From Candidatus Heimdallarchaeota archaeon (GTDB lineage: Archaea > Asgardarchaeota > Heimdallarchaeia > JABLTI01), in the NCBI GenBank assembly GCA_030614005.1, contig JAUWKS010000010.1, positions 1 through 32,000 on the forward strand: a stretch of DNA of 32,000 nt, read 5' to 3'. Below are positions 8,850 through 19,051 of this stretch, piece by piece. Below the pieces are notes generated by a model that was not told the origin of the DNA, did no database searches, and was given only the letters and a program-made list of their open reading frames with translations. The position numbers and the translations under genes were made by a program. Each line of letters opens with the position of its first letter. The first letter of the stretch is position 1.

Positions 8850-9644
8850 TTAATCTTTTTTTCTTTTAGAGAACATTTTCTTGTAAACAGTGATTCTGAG
8901 TTTACGAGGGAGGTTTCGAGCTAAGAAAACCAAGAATTTATTTCTAAAACCAGGAACACAGTAGACCTTTCCTCTTTTCAAAGCTTTTAAGGACGCTTCG
9001 ACAACCTTCTCAGCAGTCATGAATTTTCTCTTATAAACAGGATGATCAGTTCCATATCCCATTTTCTTATGAAAGTCAGTTATGGTAAAACCTGGGCAAA
9101 GAGCTTGTATCTTAATACCCTTATCTCGTAACGAAAAATCAAGTGACTCTGAGAAGTAGTTTAAGAAAACTTTTGTGGCACTGTACATAACACTTAGACT
9201 AGGTAAAAATGATGCAAGGGATGAAACGTTAATGATAGCACCTTTTCCTTTTGCAAGCAAACCAGGTATGACCGCGTGAGTAAGTTTTAGAGTAGCGATG
9301 TTGTGGACTTGAACCATATTAACATGACTTTCGATTGCTACTTTATGGAATGCTCCTCTTTCTCCACCGAAGCCGGCATTATTCACAAGTATTTCTAAGT
9401 CGGGATTATTCTTTATTCGTGCCTCGGCTAGCTGAAGTTCATTTTCATTTCCTAGATCAATTAACATATAATCAGCATTAATGCCCTTTTCTTCTGCAAG
9501 TTCTTTACATAGCTTCTCAAGAAGATTCTCTCTTCGACCTATTAGGATTAAATCATAACCATCATTAGCAAATCTTCGGGCAAAGGCAGCACCTATTCCA
9601 CTTGATGCACCAGTTATTAGTGCTATTGCTCTGCTTTCTGTCAT
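8850..9644 (-). CDS. Classical short-chain dehydrogenase/reductase
   Basis: ITGASSGIG, LVNNAGFG, YSATK. Confidence 0.95.
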   Translation of the reverse strand: MTESRAIALITGASSGIGAAFARRFANDGYDLILIGRRENLLEKLCKELAEEKGINADYMLIDLGNENELQLAEARIKNNPDLEILVNNAGFGGERGAFHKVAIESHVNMVQVHNIATLKLTHAVIPGLLAKGKGAIINVSSLASFLPSLSVMYSATKVFLNYFSESLDFSLRDKGIKIQALCPGFTITDFHKKMGYGTDHPVYKRKFMTAEKVVEASLKALKRGKVYCVPGFRNKFLVFLARNLPRKLRITVYKKMFSKRKKD

Positions 9645-9766
9645 AGTAAATCAAGGAAAGCATACTGCTTGTGTTTAAGAGGTTTCTTGTCTTCTAGAAG
9701 ATTGCAGAATATTTTCCTCAATTTTACTGAATAAGAGTGAGCTTCGGCTGTGTATTAAGAGAAAAA

Positions 9767-10834
9767 TTAACCCCCAACATCCTTTCTTTCAAGAACAACA
9801 ATTCCTATTATTAAGAGAACAATAGTAATCACAATTAATACAATCAAGGAAACCAATGGATGAATATAATTGGTCTCAGCTAAGAGGAATGTTAAATCAT
9901 TTTCCACATCATTTGCTCCGAGAAACGCTGAAATATCAGTAAATTGATTCACATATGTTCCAAAGAATAACCCAAAATTCTGTTGGAAAAATGGTATTGG
10001 TTGAAATCCAAATGGTTTCAAAAATAATAGGAAAATTGAACTTAGATTATACCCCAAATCAATTATATAGAGATACCATGTTTCGTAATATCCTGGAAGA
10101 GCAAGTCTTAGCAGAATTCCAACAAAATAAATCACTATTATTGCTAGCATAATCAATACAACATTGACAACTACTTTCTTGCTAACGATTGACATGAATC
10201 CCATAATCAGACCAATAACTGCTATCATCATTAAAGCATACAAATAAATTGGAATAAGATAGAGCAGTGATTGTAGAAAAACCTCTAAAGATACTTGGAA
10301 AAAAGAGCAGGTTATTGTGAGCCCAAGGAATAATGAAAATAATTGTAGTATTGCCATATTAACGAAATAACCTAAGAATTTGCCAAAAAAGATAGTTGAT
10401 CTTCTTATCGGTTTAGTCATTAGAAATATCAATGTTCCACTATTTTCTTCTCCAGAAATAAATGTCGAGGCAGATAATCCACAGAAGAGAAAAAGCAGAA
10501 TTCCTGCACTCCAAAAGAATGAATGAAATGCGAAATGGCTTACAACAGTTGCAATTTGAAAATTAATATTCAAATCTGATAATGGAGCTTCTAAATTTCC
10601 AGATGCTACTGTAGTTAAGATAAATGGAAAAATGATTGATAGAAAAACATAAGCAAGTACTCTTACTGCTCCAAACATTTCTACAAATGTTTTTTTGAAA
10701 ATCATAAACATACCAAAAGATACTTTACTATCTCGAGCAATTTTCTCTGGCTTCTCCTTCTTAGGTTTTTCACCAATAATTGTTGGTTCAATGGTCAATG
10801 ATTCACTATCGGATTCTTGTAAAGATAGTTCCAT
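9767..10834 (-). CDS. ABC-2 type transporter permease
   Basis: ISGEENSGTLIFLMTKPIRRSTIFFGKF motif and multiple TMs. Start moved from 10945 to ATG 10834 behind a GGAGGGG RBS, directly after the ATPase stop. Confidence 0.88.
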   Translation of the reverse strand: MELSLQESDSESLTIEPTIIGEKPKKEKPEKIARDSKVSFGMFMIFKKTFVEMFGAVRVLAYVFLSIIFPFILTTVASGNLEAPLSDLNINFQIATVVSHFAFHSFFWSAGILLFLFCGLSASTFISGEENSGTLIFLMTKPIRRSTIFFGKFLGYFVNMAILQLFSLFLGLTITCSFFQVSLEVFLQSLLYLIPIYLYALMMIAVIGLIMGFMSIVSKKVVVNVVLIMLAIIVIYFVGILLRLALPGYYETWYLYIIDLGYNLSSIFLLFLKPFGFQPIPFFQQNFGLFFGTYVNQFTDISAFLGANDVENDLTFLLAETNYIHPLVSLIVLIVITIVLLIIGIVVLERKDVGG

Positions 10835-10838
10835 TTGA

Positions 10839-11942
10839 TCATCCCCTCCTCGCTTTTTTGAACAAGCCTTCTCTCTCAACTTGTTGCTCAAATAATAGTT
10901 CATCTTCGTAAAGAAAGTCTGAACCGTATCGCTTTGAAATAACATTGATGAATACTTCTTCTAGAGTAACCTCAATGGGAGAAAAGCGTCGAAGCTCTGA
11001 ACCATTCCGCTGAAGAATTTCAGGTAATTGGACATAAACATAATCAATAAAATCACTTTGAAAGATTATAGTATCATTTGAGTCAAGGTAAATTTGAGTT
11101 GAAACTCCGAGACTGGATAAATCGTCCATCACTCGTTTTGCATTAGAACATTCCAATGCGTATTCACCTGTTGAAAATTCTTTACGCATTTCTTTCAATG
11201 TGGTTGTTAAACCGATTTTGCCTTTGACAATAATAGTTACTCGAGAGACTAATTTTTCGATTTCAGTTAAAATATGTCCACTTACAAAGACACTAGTACC
11301 TAATATTGAGGCTAGTTCTTTGATAGTATTCACTAGTTTAAATCGCGATTCGGGATCGAGACCAGCAGTGCTTTCATCAAGAATAGCTAAGCGTGGGTGA
11401 TGCATCAATGCTTGAGCCATTGCCAGTTTTGCTTTCATACCTGTTGAGAATTTAGCCGGATGCCGGTAACCATGTTTAGTCATTTCTAGAATATGAAGAA
11501 ATTCTTTGGCTCGTTCTTTTGCGAGAGTTTTCTGCATACCAGTTAATTGACCCATGTAAATTAAATAATCATAAGCAGTCATTGATTTCCAAAAGTGGGG
11601 ATTAGCAATTGCTACTCCTATCAGTTTATTTGCTGCAGGAGTTCCAATTGGTTTACCAAAAATGTATCCTTTCCCACTAGTAGGTCTGTATGTTCCAGCA
11701 ATCATTAACATCGAAGTGGTTTTTCCAGCACCATTTGGACCCAAATAACCATGAACTTCTCCCTCTTTAACTGTGATATTAATACCATCAACTGCTCTAA
11801 CTTGGTTATATCCCCTACCAAAGTATTTCTTCAAACCTATAGTCTGAATAGCAAGGCTTTCATCTACTTCAATTTCTTGTTCTTCAATTTTTTCTGGTGC
11901 TGCTTGGAGGTTCCCAGAGGGTTCTTCTGTTGTCCAATTCAT
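10839..11942 (-). CDS. ABC-2 type transporter ATP-binding protein
   Basis: GPNGAGKTT, FSTGMK signature variant, LAILDE, C-terminal TLEEVF motif. Confidence 0.93.
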   Translation of the reverse strand: MNWTTEEPSGNLQAAPEKIEEQEIEVDESLAIQTIGLKKYFGRGYNQVRAVDGINITVKEGEVHGYLGPNGAGKTTSMLMIAGTYRPTSGKGYIFGKPIGTPAANKLIGVAIANPHFWKSMTAYDYLIYMGQLTGMQKTLAKERAKEFLHILEMTKHGYRHPAKFSTGMKAKLAMAQALMHHPRLAILDESTAGLDPESRFKLVNTIKELASILGTSVFVSGHILTEIEKLVSRVTIIVKGKIGLTTTLKEMRKEFSTGEYALECSNAKRVMDDLSSLGVSTQIYLDSNDTIIFQSDFIDYVYVQLPEILQRNGSELRRFSPIEVTLEEVFINVISKRYGSDFLYEDELLFEQQVEREGLFKKARRG

Positions 11943-14900
11943 TTATTGTTCACCCTCCATTTCTACAGATGGGCCAAAGTCAGCCAGGTTATCTTTCGGT
12001 CTAACTCTAACAAAAATCTTCAAGCCAATATATACGATAACTATTGCGCCTATAGCAATCCAAAGAATAATCACTCCGCCACCTTTTTCATTAACTACTA
12101 CAAGTGAAGCATAAGCACTGACTCCATTGCGATCAGTAATAGCAACGGAAACAATGTGTTCTCCATGACTCAGATAAATAGTTATTTCAGAATCAAAAGT
12201 ATCCGCAATTTCTGTTCCACTTAGAAATATCTGAGTGTAGACTTCTTGAGCCGCAGTTTCCCAAGATAATTGGTACTTGCCACTACTCCCTGGTTGTATT
12301 TCTATATCCAAAAGATCAATAGTATAGAGATTATTTATCGCTCGTAGTCTCCCAAAATTATCAAGAAAAACAATGTTTCCTTCTAAAGTTCCATTTAATT
12401 CAGAAGGTAAGAATGCAGACATTACTAACCCATCAATTTCTTTCCAAATTAGACCGGTATCACTATCTATGATAATCGAAGAAAAGTCTCCTGTTGGAGT
12501 GATAAGAGTCATCAGAATATCCTCTTTGTTGTTTCCAGAAACATCGCCAAGATTTTTCATAAATGCTGCAGGCATCATTGTTGGATAAGAAAACTCATCT
12601 TTGCGCACAGGAACAATACTATAACTGGCAGCTATTGTTGCTAATGCCGTTGATACATCAATTAGTTCTAAAGTCATTCCCTGAGCGGTTTTATCTATTC
12701 CGCCCCCTTGATTAACCGACCAAGCGAAAAGCAACTCTGGAATAGCATCACCATTCATATCGGAAACGTAATCAGTAAAGTCTGTTATTCCTGCTCGCAT
12801 AAATTGTTCCATATAATAAAATCCAGTGTCAAAATTCGCTTTATTAGCAAAATACAAACTTAGGAATGTTCCATCTGAACCATCAATGATATAGTACCCT
12901 TGAGAGAGGGAATTTGCATCACCACCACTCCAAGGAACAAAAGCAATATGATCTCGAATTCCGTCATTGTTGAAATCTACTTGATAGAGTTTCAAATTTA
13001 AATCATTATAATTTCCCTCGATATCATATGCAATTATTCCTGTTTCCAAATCAATAATTGTAATTAACATTACATCATTTTGATTTCTATTTAGCGATAG
13101 AATTGTTTCATTATGTGCTTCATCCATATGGAGTACAAAATTTTCTTCATCTATCCAACCCTCGACATTTTGCCAATTCCAATGAAGAGTAGAAAAGTTT
13201 GTTGAGTCTACTAAGACTGCGCGATTGTCACCAATGATTAGGATATCCTCAGCAGAATTACCAACTAAATCACCAATATTAAAGATAACGCCTCTATGTG
13301 GAAGCCAATTTCTGTAATGAGGATCGAAGATATCAGTTTCCCGAGTAAGATTCCATAGATAACTTCCATCTATACCACTGTGACAATACAAGTAACCATT
13401 TTGACCTGTTACAAGAATATCTTGAATTCCATCTGAATTTTGATCTTCAACAGGTGCAATTGATATTATTTTCAATTGATCAGGATTATAAACCCAATCA
13501 GGATTCGTTGCAGTGGCTTCCCAAACAATAGAACCATTATTTCCATCAAGTAACAGAACCTTTGAAATGTTCTTGAGGAAGAATGATTGTGTAGTTGTTT
13601 CTCTTTGAGCTAACCATAAATCTGGGATACCATCACCTGTAATATCATCACCTAATTTTACTTGGCTGTATCCACCACTTAACAATAACTGATTCTCCAT
13701 AGACATTTCATGATGCCAAATCGTTTCTCCAGTAGTGCCATCAACAACTGCTAATTTAGTGATCGTATAACGATTTGTTGACCAACTATCTAGATAATGG
13801 ATACTCTTCTGGAGAAAATCAACCGTTGAATCATTATTTATATCATAAAAAATTTCTATTTGTTCTTGAGCAGAGATAGTTAAGCGCCAAACCAAATCTC
13901 CAGTTTCACCATCAAGAAGATAGAGACCGTATCCTGCAAGAAAAATAAGAACTTCAGATTCTAGCGAACCTGTAATATTATTAACAGAAAAAACATAATT
14001 GCCATTAAAAGGATAATCACTCCCTTGAGTTTGAGAACTAGAAAATAAATCAAAATTCATACTACTAGTAAATGCTGAAATCTTCCATTGATCAATCAAA
14101 GTATTATTCTCTAGTGAATAGACATCAATTAGAAATGTGTTGGTGGAATTCTCAGTTCCCGTTGGAATGATCAATTTAGTAAAACTACCATTGGCATCTT
14201 GTGAACTATAAGAAGTAACAGATTTTACTTCATCAATATTAATAGAAAATAAACTCCATAAAACATTCATTTCATTTTGCTCAATATCAATAACTGATAC
14301 AGTACTATTTCCGAACGTTCCCGTTCCACGACCTAATGTAAGAATTTGAGGGTCGGAGGATAGAGAATCTAATTCAAAAACCATGACATTATAAAAATTT
14401 TCAGAACCAAAATAAGCCATATCTTGTGTTGTTCCTGCAGCTGTAAATGCTTTGACTTCGTCGAGTAATTTTCCATTAGTAATGTCAAATATTGAAACAT
14501 ACCCAGTTTCTGTGGATATTATTACATCATCTTTAGTATCACCATTAAAATCTTCTATTATCTTAACATCATATACATTCTGTTCTATTGAAATAGTGAT
14601 ACCAGTATCTGTGTCTGTATATTGAATTGAATCTGTAGCTTGTATGGACCATATTTCTTGCCCAGTTTTTCCGGAAACAACTAATAATTCACCATCTTGT
14701 GAACCAAAAATGATTTCATTCGTACCGTCTGAATCTAAATCATCAGATAATATATCGAGCGACCAAATATCATCAGTTGCGCTTGCTGACCACAAAAGAG
14801 AACCATCGAGAACATCTAATGCGTAAATAGTATTGTATGATGAAACTACCACATCATCTAATCCATCACTTGTTAAATCATCAATTTGCAAACCATTCCA

Positions 14901-15437
14901 TGAGCGAGTTTCTTCCTCAGAGAAACCTATGCCATCTACAAAGACGGTTACTGTAGGTCGGAATGACCAGATTTTTTCCCCAGAAAAACCATCAATTAAT
15001 TCAGTATTGTTAAAATCTTGAGTGTCAACAGTGATTAGTACATCTCTGATGTTGTCGTTTGTAACATCCTTTAAAGGAGTAATACTTAAGATTGCCCCTG
15101 GAGTAGAAAGAAACCAATAAATTATTCCTCGTTCGACATTGATTTTAGAAAGCCCAATATGAGAACCCATGTAGAGTATTTCCTCAGAACCTGCTCCACT
15201 CAAAGAATCTAAGATTGGTCTACAAGTAGTATCACCTGGCAAACCCGAAAATGATGACCATATTTCACCATCATTGGAATCAGATACAGCTGTTTGTGGT
15301 GGCAAAGATGGGTTTGCTGAAACAGCATTCGAAGTAGAAATTTTACTCGTAGTAATTAAAGTACTAACTAAAAATGAAATAAAAGGAGTTGTAATAAGTA
15401 TAAACAAAAGTATAATTGTTTTTTCCTTTCTAAACAT
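11943..15437 (-). CDS. Large membrane-anchored FG-GAP/PQQ-like beta-propeller surface protein (about 1164 aa)
   Basis: Signal-like N-terminus from ATG 15437 (GGTG RBS). 11 clear D-x-[NDT]-x-D-G-like Ca-blade motifs and repeated DG-x-TG-x-x-x-W motifs, then an Ig-like segment, a TM helix and a 21-aa tail. Confidence 0.8.
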   Translation of the reverse strand: MFRKEKTIILLFILITTPFISFLVSTLITTSKISTSNAVSANPSLPPQTAVSDSNDGEIWSSFSGLPGDTTCRPILDSLSGAGSEEILYMGSHIGLSKINVERGIIYWFLSTPGAILSITPLKDVTNDNIRDVLITVDTQDFNNTELIDGFSGEKIWSFRPTVTVFVDGIGFSEEETRSWNGLQIDDLTSDGLDDVVVSSYNTIYALDVLDGSLLWSASATDDIWSLDILSDDLDSDGTNEIIFGSQDGELLVVSGKTGQEIWSIQATDSIQYTDTDTGITISIEQNVYDVKIIEDFNGDTKDDVIISTETGYVSIFDITNGKLLDEVKAFTAAGTTQDMAYFGSENFYNVMVFELDSLSSDPQILTLGRGTGTFGNSTVSVIDIEQNEMNVLWSLFSINIDEVKSVTSYSSQDANGSFTKLIIPTGTENSTNTFLIDVYSLENNTLIDQWKISAFTSSMNFDLFSSSQTQGSDYPFNGNYVFSVNNITGSLESEVLIFLAGYGLYLLDGETGDLVWRLTISAQEQIEIFYDINNDSTVDFLQKSIHYLDSWSTNRYTITKLAVVDGTTGETIWHHEMSMENQLLLSGGYSQVKLGDDITGDGIPDLWLAQRETTTQSFFLKNISKVLLLDGNNGSIVWEATATNPDWVYNPDQLKIISIAPVEDQNSDGIQDILVTGQNGYLYCHSGIDGSYLWNLTRETDIFDPHYRNWLPHRGVIFNIGDLVGNSAEDILIIGDNRAVLVDSTNFSTLHWNWQNVEGWIDEENFVLHMDEAHNETILSLNRNQNDVMLITIIDLETGIIAYDIEGNYNDLNLKLYQVDFNNDGIRDHIAFVPWSGGDANSLSQGYYIIDGSDGTFLSLYFANKANFDTGFYYMEQFMRAGITDFTDYVSDMNGDAIPELLFAWSVNQGGGIDKTAQGMTLELIDVSTALATIAASYSIVPVRKDEFSYPTMMPAAFMKNLGDVSGNNKEDILMTLITPTGDFSSIIIDSDTGLIWKEIDGLVMSAFLPSELNGTLEGNIVFLDNFGRLRAINNLYTIDLLDIEIQPGSSGKYQLSWETAAQEVYTQIFLSGTEIADTFDSEITIYLSHGEHIVSVAITDRNGVSAYASLVVVNEKGGGVIILWIAIGAIVIVYIGLKIFVRVRPKDNLADFGPSVEMEGEQ

Positions 15438-15641
15438 GAAAGTGACACCAACCGATATTTGAGAGCTAATTCCTGTTAGATAAGTAACAGATGTTATTCT
15501 CTCGAGATAATAATAAAATATCTTAATCTTATTTAAAAACAATTAAGATAGAGGCAAGTAAAAAAAAGAAAAGTAAAAATGATAAAGAAAATAAATCCGC
15601 CAACCTTCATCCAAACGTCAAAGCGCAATTACATCTTCTTC

Positions 15642-16667
15642 TTATTGCTTGAGTTTTTGATCGAGTTTCGTAAATTTTTTCCACGCTTTATTTATCTCTT
15701 GTTGATGATTTTTCAAACCTGTGGGAAGCTTGTCAATATCTAATTGAAGACTTTTCCAATGTATAATCGGAGAAGAGTCTATGTTGTTCTCTTGTTTTGT
15801 ATTCTTTTTTAATGGCGAGAGGTCAGCACCCAATACACACTTTTTATGGAGATAAATCTTGTATAGGTTTTTGCACAATATGAGTGGGGAGAGGTCTATA
15901 GAAATAATCTGATTTCCAGCTAGGTAGATCTCTTTTAATTCTGTACATTTTGCAAGTGGCGAGAGGTTGACTGCAACAAGCTGATTAATAGCAAGGTCGA
16001 GATCTCTTAGTGCAATGCAATTTGCGAGAGGTGAGAGGTCGATAGAGGTGAGCTTATTGTCTTCAAGGCCAAGATCTTCTAGTACTATGCATTTTGCTAG
16101 TGGGGAGAGGTCAATAGATGTAAGCAGATTCTCAGAAAGACAAAGCTTTTCTAGTGCTATGCACTTTGAGAGCGGTGAGAGATCGAGCTCTGTAAGCCGA
16201 TTATCATTAAGGTAGAACTCTTTTAATTTTGGGCATTTTGCAAGAGGCGAGAGGTCAATAGAAGCAAAAAGATTATCATGAAGGTAGAGCTCTTCTAGTT
16301 TTGTGCACTTCGCAAGTGGTAACAGATCAAGCTCTGTAAGCTGATTTCCTGAAAAAAAGGGAGTACCAATAATGAGTATTTTTAGTTCTGTGCACTTTGC
16401 AAGTGGCGAGAGATCAAGTTCAGTAAGCTGATTTTCATCGAGAGCGAGCCTTTGTAGTTTTGTACACTTTGCTAGTGATGAGAGATCAATTGTAGCAAGT
16501 TCATTAGAAGAAATGTCGAAATCAAGTATTTCTGTTCCCTTTCCAATTTGTGAGAGATCGACTGTTGCAAGCTGATTATTAGAAAGATTAACCTTTTCGG
16601 TATCCGTACTCATTTTACTAGTGAATTGTTTTCCATAGGAATCAGTTCCTTTTACAACAATCGTCAT
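15642..16667 (-). CDS. Leucine-rich repeat protein (about 10 repeats of 24 aa)
   Basis: Repeat consensus xLTxIDLSPLAKCxxLxxLxLxxN; no signal peptide. Confidence 0.95.
   Translation of the reverse strand: MTIVVKGTDSYGKQFTSKMSTDTEKVNLSNNQLATVDLSQIGKGTEILDFDISSNELATIDLSSLAKCTKLQRLALDENQLTELDLSPLAKCTELKILIIGTPFFSGNQLTELDLLPLAKCTKLEELYLHDNLFASIDLSPLAKCPKLKEFYLNDNRLTELDLSPLSKCIALEKLCLSENLLTSIDLSPLAKCIVLEDLGLEDNKLTSIDLSPLANCIALRDLDLAINQLVAVNLSPLAKCTELKEIYLAGNQIISIDLSPLILCKNLYKIYLHKKCVLGADLSPLKKNTKQENNIDSSPIIHWKSLQLDIDKLPTGLKNHQQEINKAWKKFTKLDQKLKQ
15850..16570 (-). repeat. 72-bp coding tandem repeats of the LRR gene
   Basis: GAGAGGTCAATA recurs at 16105 and 16249 (2 x 72 bp) with related units throughout; one unit has a 15-bp insertion. 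Boundaries are approximate. Confidence 0.8.
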
Positions 16668-16841
16668 TTTGCAACCTTCTTTAGCTAATTATTCAGATAC
16701 TTTTCAATACTTAAGCATTGAATCTTTAATATGTTAAAGATATTTTCCCTTGAGATAAAGATAAACTGGTTCTATGACTAATATATGAGTAAAACGATTA
16801 AATTAAAGATAAGTAGAAAAAGAAAAAAGGAAAGAAGAAAA

Positions 16842-17822
16842 TCAATTTCTCCTTTTGCGACGTTTAATTCCTGCTATCAGAGATATTGAAATAAAACCAC
16901 TAATTGCTGCAATGATAGCAAAATTTGCACCAACGGCTTTAATACCTCCTGAAGCAATTTCTTCTTCATAGGTATCTTCCATAACTACATTATCTACTGT
17001 TTTCTTTGTTTCCAGTTTCAAGTTATAGTTATCTAATTCTCCGTCTGATGTATATTTAAGCTCAAGGATGATCTTATACAAATCATAAGAAAAGTATTGG
17101 TCTCGTCCTAAAGTAGAATTGTACTCAGGATAGGTTATTACTCCTGATAAATCAAAAAGGAAGGTCCATTTATTGTCATTTGAAAATCGTTTAAGAGCAC
17201 TATCAAGTGAATTGCGATTCATAATTTTGTAACTAGCTATATTCTCCAAAAAATCACCTAAGGTTATCTCAGTGATATTTGTTGGAGCATAAAAATTAGG
17301 AACAGATGCAAGAACAGTAGAAGCATCAAAGAAATCCACAAATGCATTGTTAATCTTCTCCCATTCGTTTTCAATTAGTAACCATTCGACAATATCAATA
17401 AATTCAAGCTGAAAATCAGTTAGTATTGTTTGATTCGTATTAATATCAAAAATATAAGTAACATCAAGAAAACCTTCGCTAAGCAAGTAATCGTCAACAA
17501 AATCATCCCAAGCGTAAGTAAAACCTCTTTCAGGAGCAATACCGTTAACATCACCAGGTATTGCTTCATATCTTTTAGCAACTCGATCAACATTAGTAAT
17601 ATTTAATTGATATTCACTTAGAAGTGATCCATCAATTATTGTTCGAAAGTTGGTATCCAGATTCAACCAGTTATTGTTGGTAGTGACCCTAGCACCCCAT
17701 AGATACGTATCTCCAGCAGACCAACTTACTGCTTGACTAGTAGAAATCGTACTAAATAGAAACAAAAATATTGTAAAACCAATCAAAGACCATATCTTAC
17801 TTTTCTTCAGCAATTTTATCAC
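16842..17822 (-). CDS. Secreted surface glycoprotein with C-terminal TM + basic tail (paralog A)
   Basis: Signal peptide ending STSQA, several N-x-S/T sequons, ends FAIIAAISGFISISLIAGIKRRKRRN. Confidence 0.75.
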   Translation of the reverse strand: MIKLLKKSKIWSLIGFTIFLFLFSTISTSQAVSWSAGDTYLWGARVTTNNNWLNLDTNFRTIIDGSLLSEYQLNITNVDRVAKRYEAIPGDVNGIAPERGFTYAWDDFVDDYLLSEGFLDVTYIFDINTNQTILTDFQLEFIDIVEWLLIENEWEKINNAFVDFFDASTVLASVPNFYAPTNITEITLGDFLENIASYKIMNRNSLDSALKRFSNDNKWTFLFDLSGVITYPEYNSTLGRDQYFSYDLYKIILELKYTSDGELDNYNLKLETKKTVDNVVMEDTYEEEIASGGIKAVGANFAIIAAISGFISISLIAGIKRRKRRN

Positions 17823-17929
17823 CTATTATTATATATATATAATTACTTTTGGTAATCATTTAAGCATTTCTCAATGTATCATCAAAAAAATTTGTTGGAA
17901 TAGAAAAGAAAAAGAAAGTGAGAGAAAAC

Positions 17930-18892
17930 TCACTTCTTTCGCTTTACACGAACAATTACTGCAAGCAAACCTAATGCTGGAATGATCGCAAATAAAGCAA
18001 AATAACCTGTCAGTTTTTGAAGAGTACCAAAAACCATCGTACTAGTGTAAACAAAATGAGAAACTAAGTCATCATGGGTTTGTTGATATTCATATCGATA
18101 TACTGCCTTTTGCAATATTCCTCCATCAGAATATGAAAATTCACCAAAGATAGTATAAAGGTCACAGAGATAGTAATTATAGTATCCCGCAGTTCCATTA
18201 TAAACTCGAAAATGCATTTTTCCAGTGAAATCAAATTCAAAGCTAAATTTCGTATTTGTTGCAGTGAATTTGCCAATAGATTTGTTTAAATTATTCTTGA
18301 CTCCTTGAATTTTTATAAGCGAAGCATTCCCGAAAGTATCACCTAAAGTTAAATTGTAGATAATAGGATCAAATGGATGTATTACTGTATCAACAATTTC
18401 AGAGAGATTGAATAATTCAGCAAAGCCAGTATTTACTACTGCCCAATCAGGTTCGATTAATTTGAATGGATCTAATGCAAAATCAAAGCTGTACAATACT
18501 GTTTCATTGGTATCGTAATTCCAATGGAAATCAACGTCGACAGAATTAGTTAAAGGAAGTTCATCCTCTACAAAATCTTCTGCAGCATAATCGATTCCAC
18601 CATCGAAATATGTTGACCCTGTATCTGAGATATAAGCATCATATTCTTTTGATACTGTGTCTATTGCAGTAAGATTATATTTATATTCAGTATCAGTTTC
18701 TAACCGCTGATATAAATTAACACCTTGTTCATTATCAGAGAGATTGGTTTCGCTTAGACTTTGTCCGGACCAAATATAAATCCCACCTGCATTCCACTCC
18801 CGAGTAGCTGCTTGGCTACTGGAGATATTGGCTAATAGTAGTGTGAAAGCAATCACATTCAACATCAAAATAATTCGTAATTTTCGATTCAT
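17930..18892 (-). CDS. Secreted surface glycoprotein with C-terminal TM + basic tail (paralog B)
   Basis: Signal peptide ending SSSQA. Aligns by eye with paralog A (W-AG--Y-W, YN-T-ID-V-K-Y-A, FSYSDGG / LKYTSDG). Ends FALFAIIPALGLLAVIVRVKRKK. Confidence 0.75.
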   Translation of the reverse strand: MNRKLRIILMLNVIAFTLLLANISSSQAATREWNAGGIYIWSGQSLSETNLSDNEQGVNLYQRLETDTEYKYNLTAIDTVSKEYDAYISDTGSTYFDGGIDYAAEDFVEDELPLTNSVDVDFHWNYDTNETVLYSFDFALDPFKLIEPDWAVVNTGFAELFNLSEIVDTVIHPFDPIIYNLTLGDTFGNASLIKIQGVKNNLNKSIGKFTATNTKFSFEFDFTGKMHFRVYNGTAGYYNYYLCDLYTIFGEFSYSDGGILQKAVYRYEYQQTHDDLVSHFVYTSTMVFGTLQKLTGYFALFAIIPALGLLAVIVRVKRKK

Positions 18893-19051
18893 GAGAAATA
18901 CCCCTCAATACAATAACAACAGATGCTATCTATATTAAGAGTTTCCAAATAAAAAAACAAAAAAGATTATTTTAGTTTCAAAACGATTTGAAAAAGAGAA
19001 TATCAGAAAAAGAAAAAAAGAGATTTGAATATGTGGAAGGTATAATCTCTT

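Noticed and set aside
15850-16570. 72-bp periodic repeats as a CRISPR array or DGR template/variable pair
   Set aside because: The units are in-frame LRR codons with no constant repeat plus unique spacer. No cas or reverse transcriptase gene is in the window.
17826-17843. (AT)n run upstream of surface paralog A
   Set aside because: Short low-complexity microsatellite that is self-complementary by composition alone; no evidence for phase variation.
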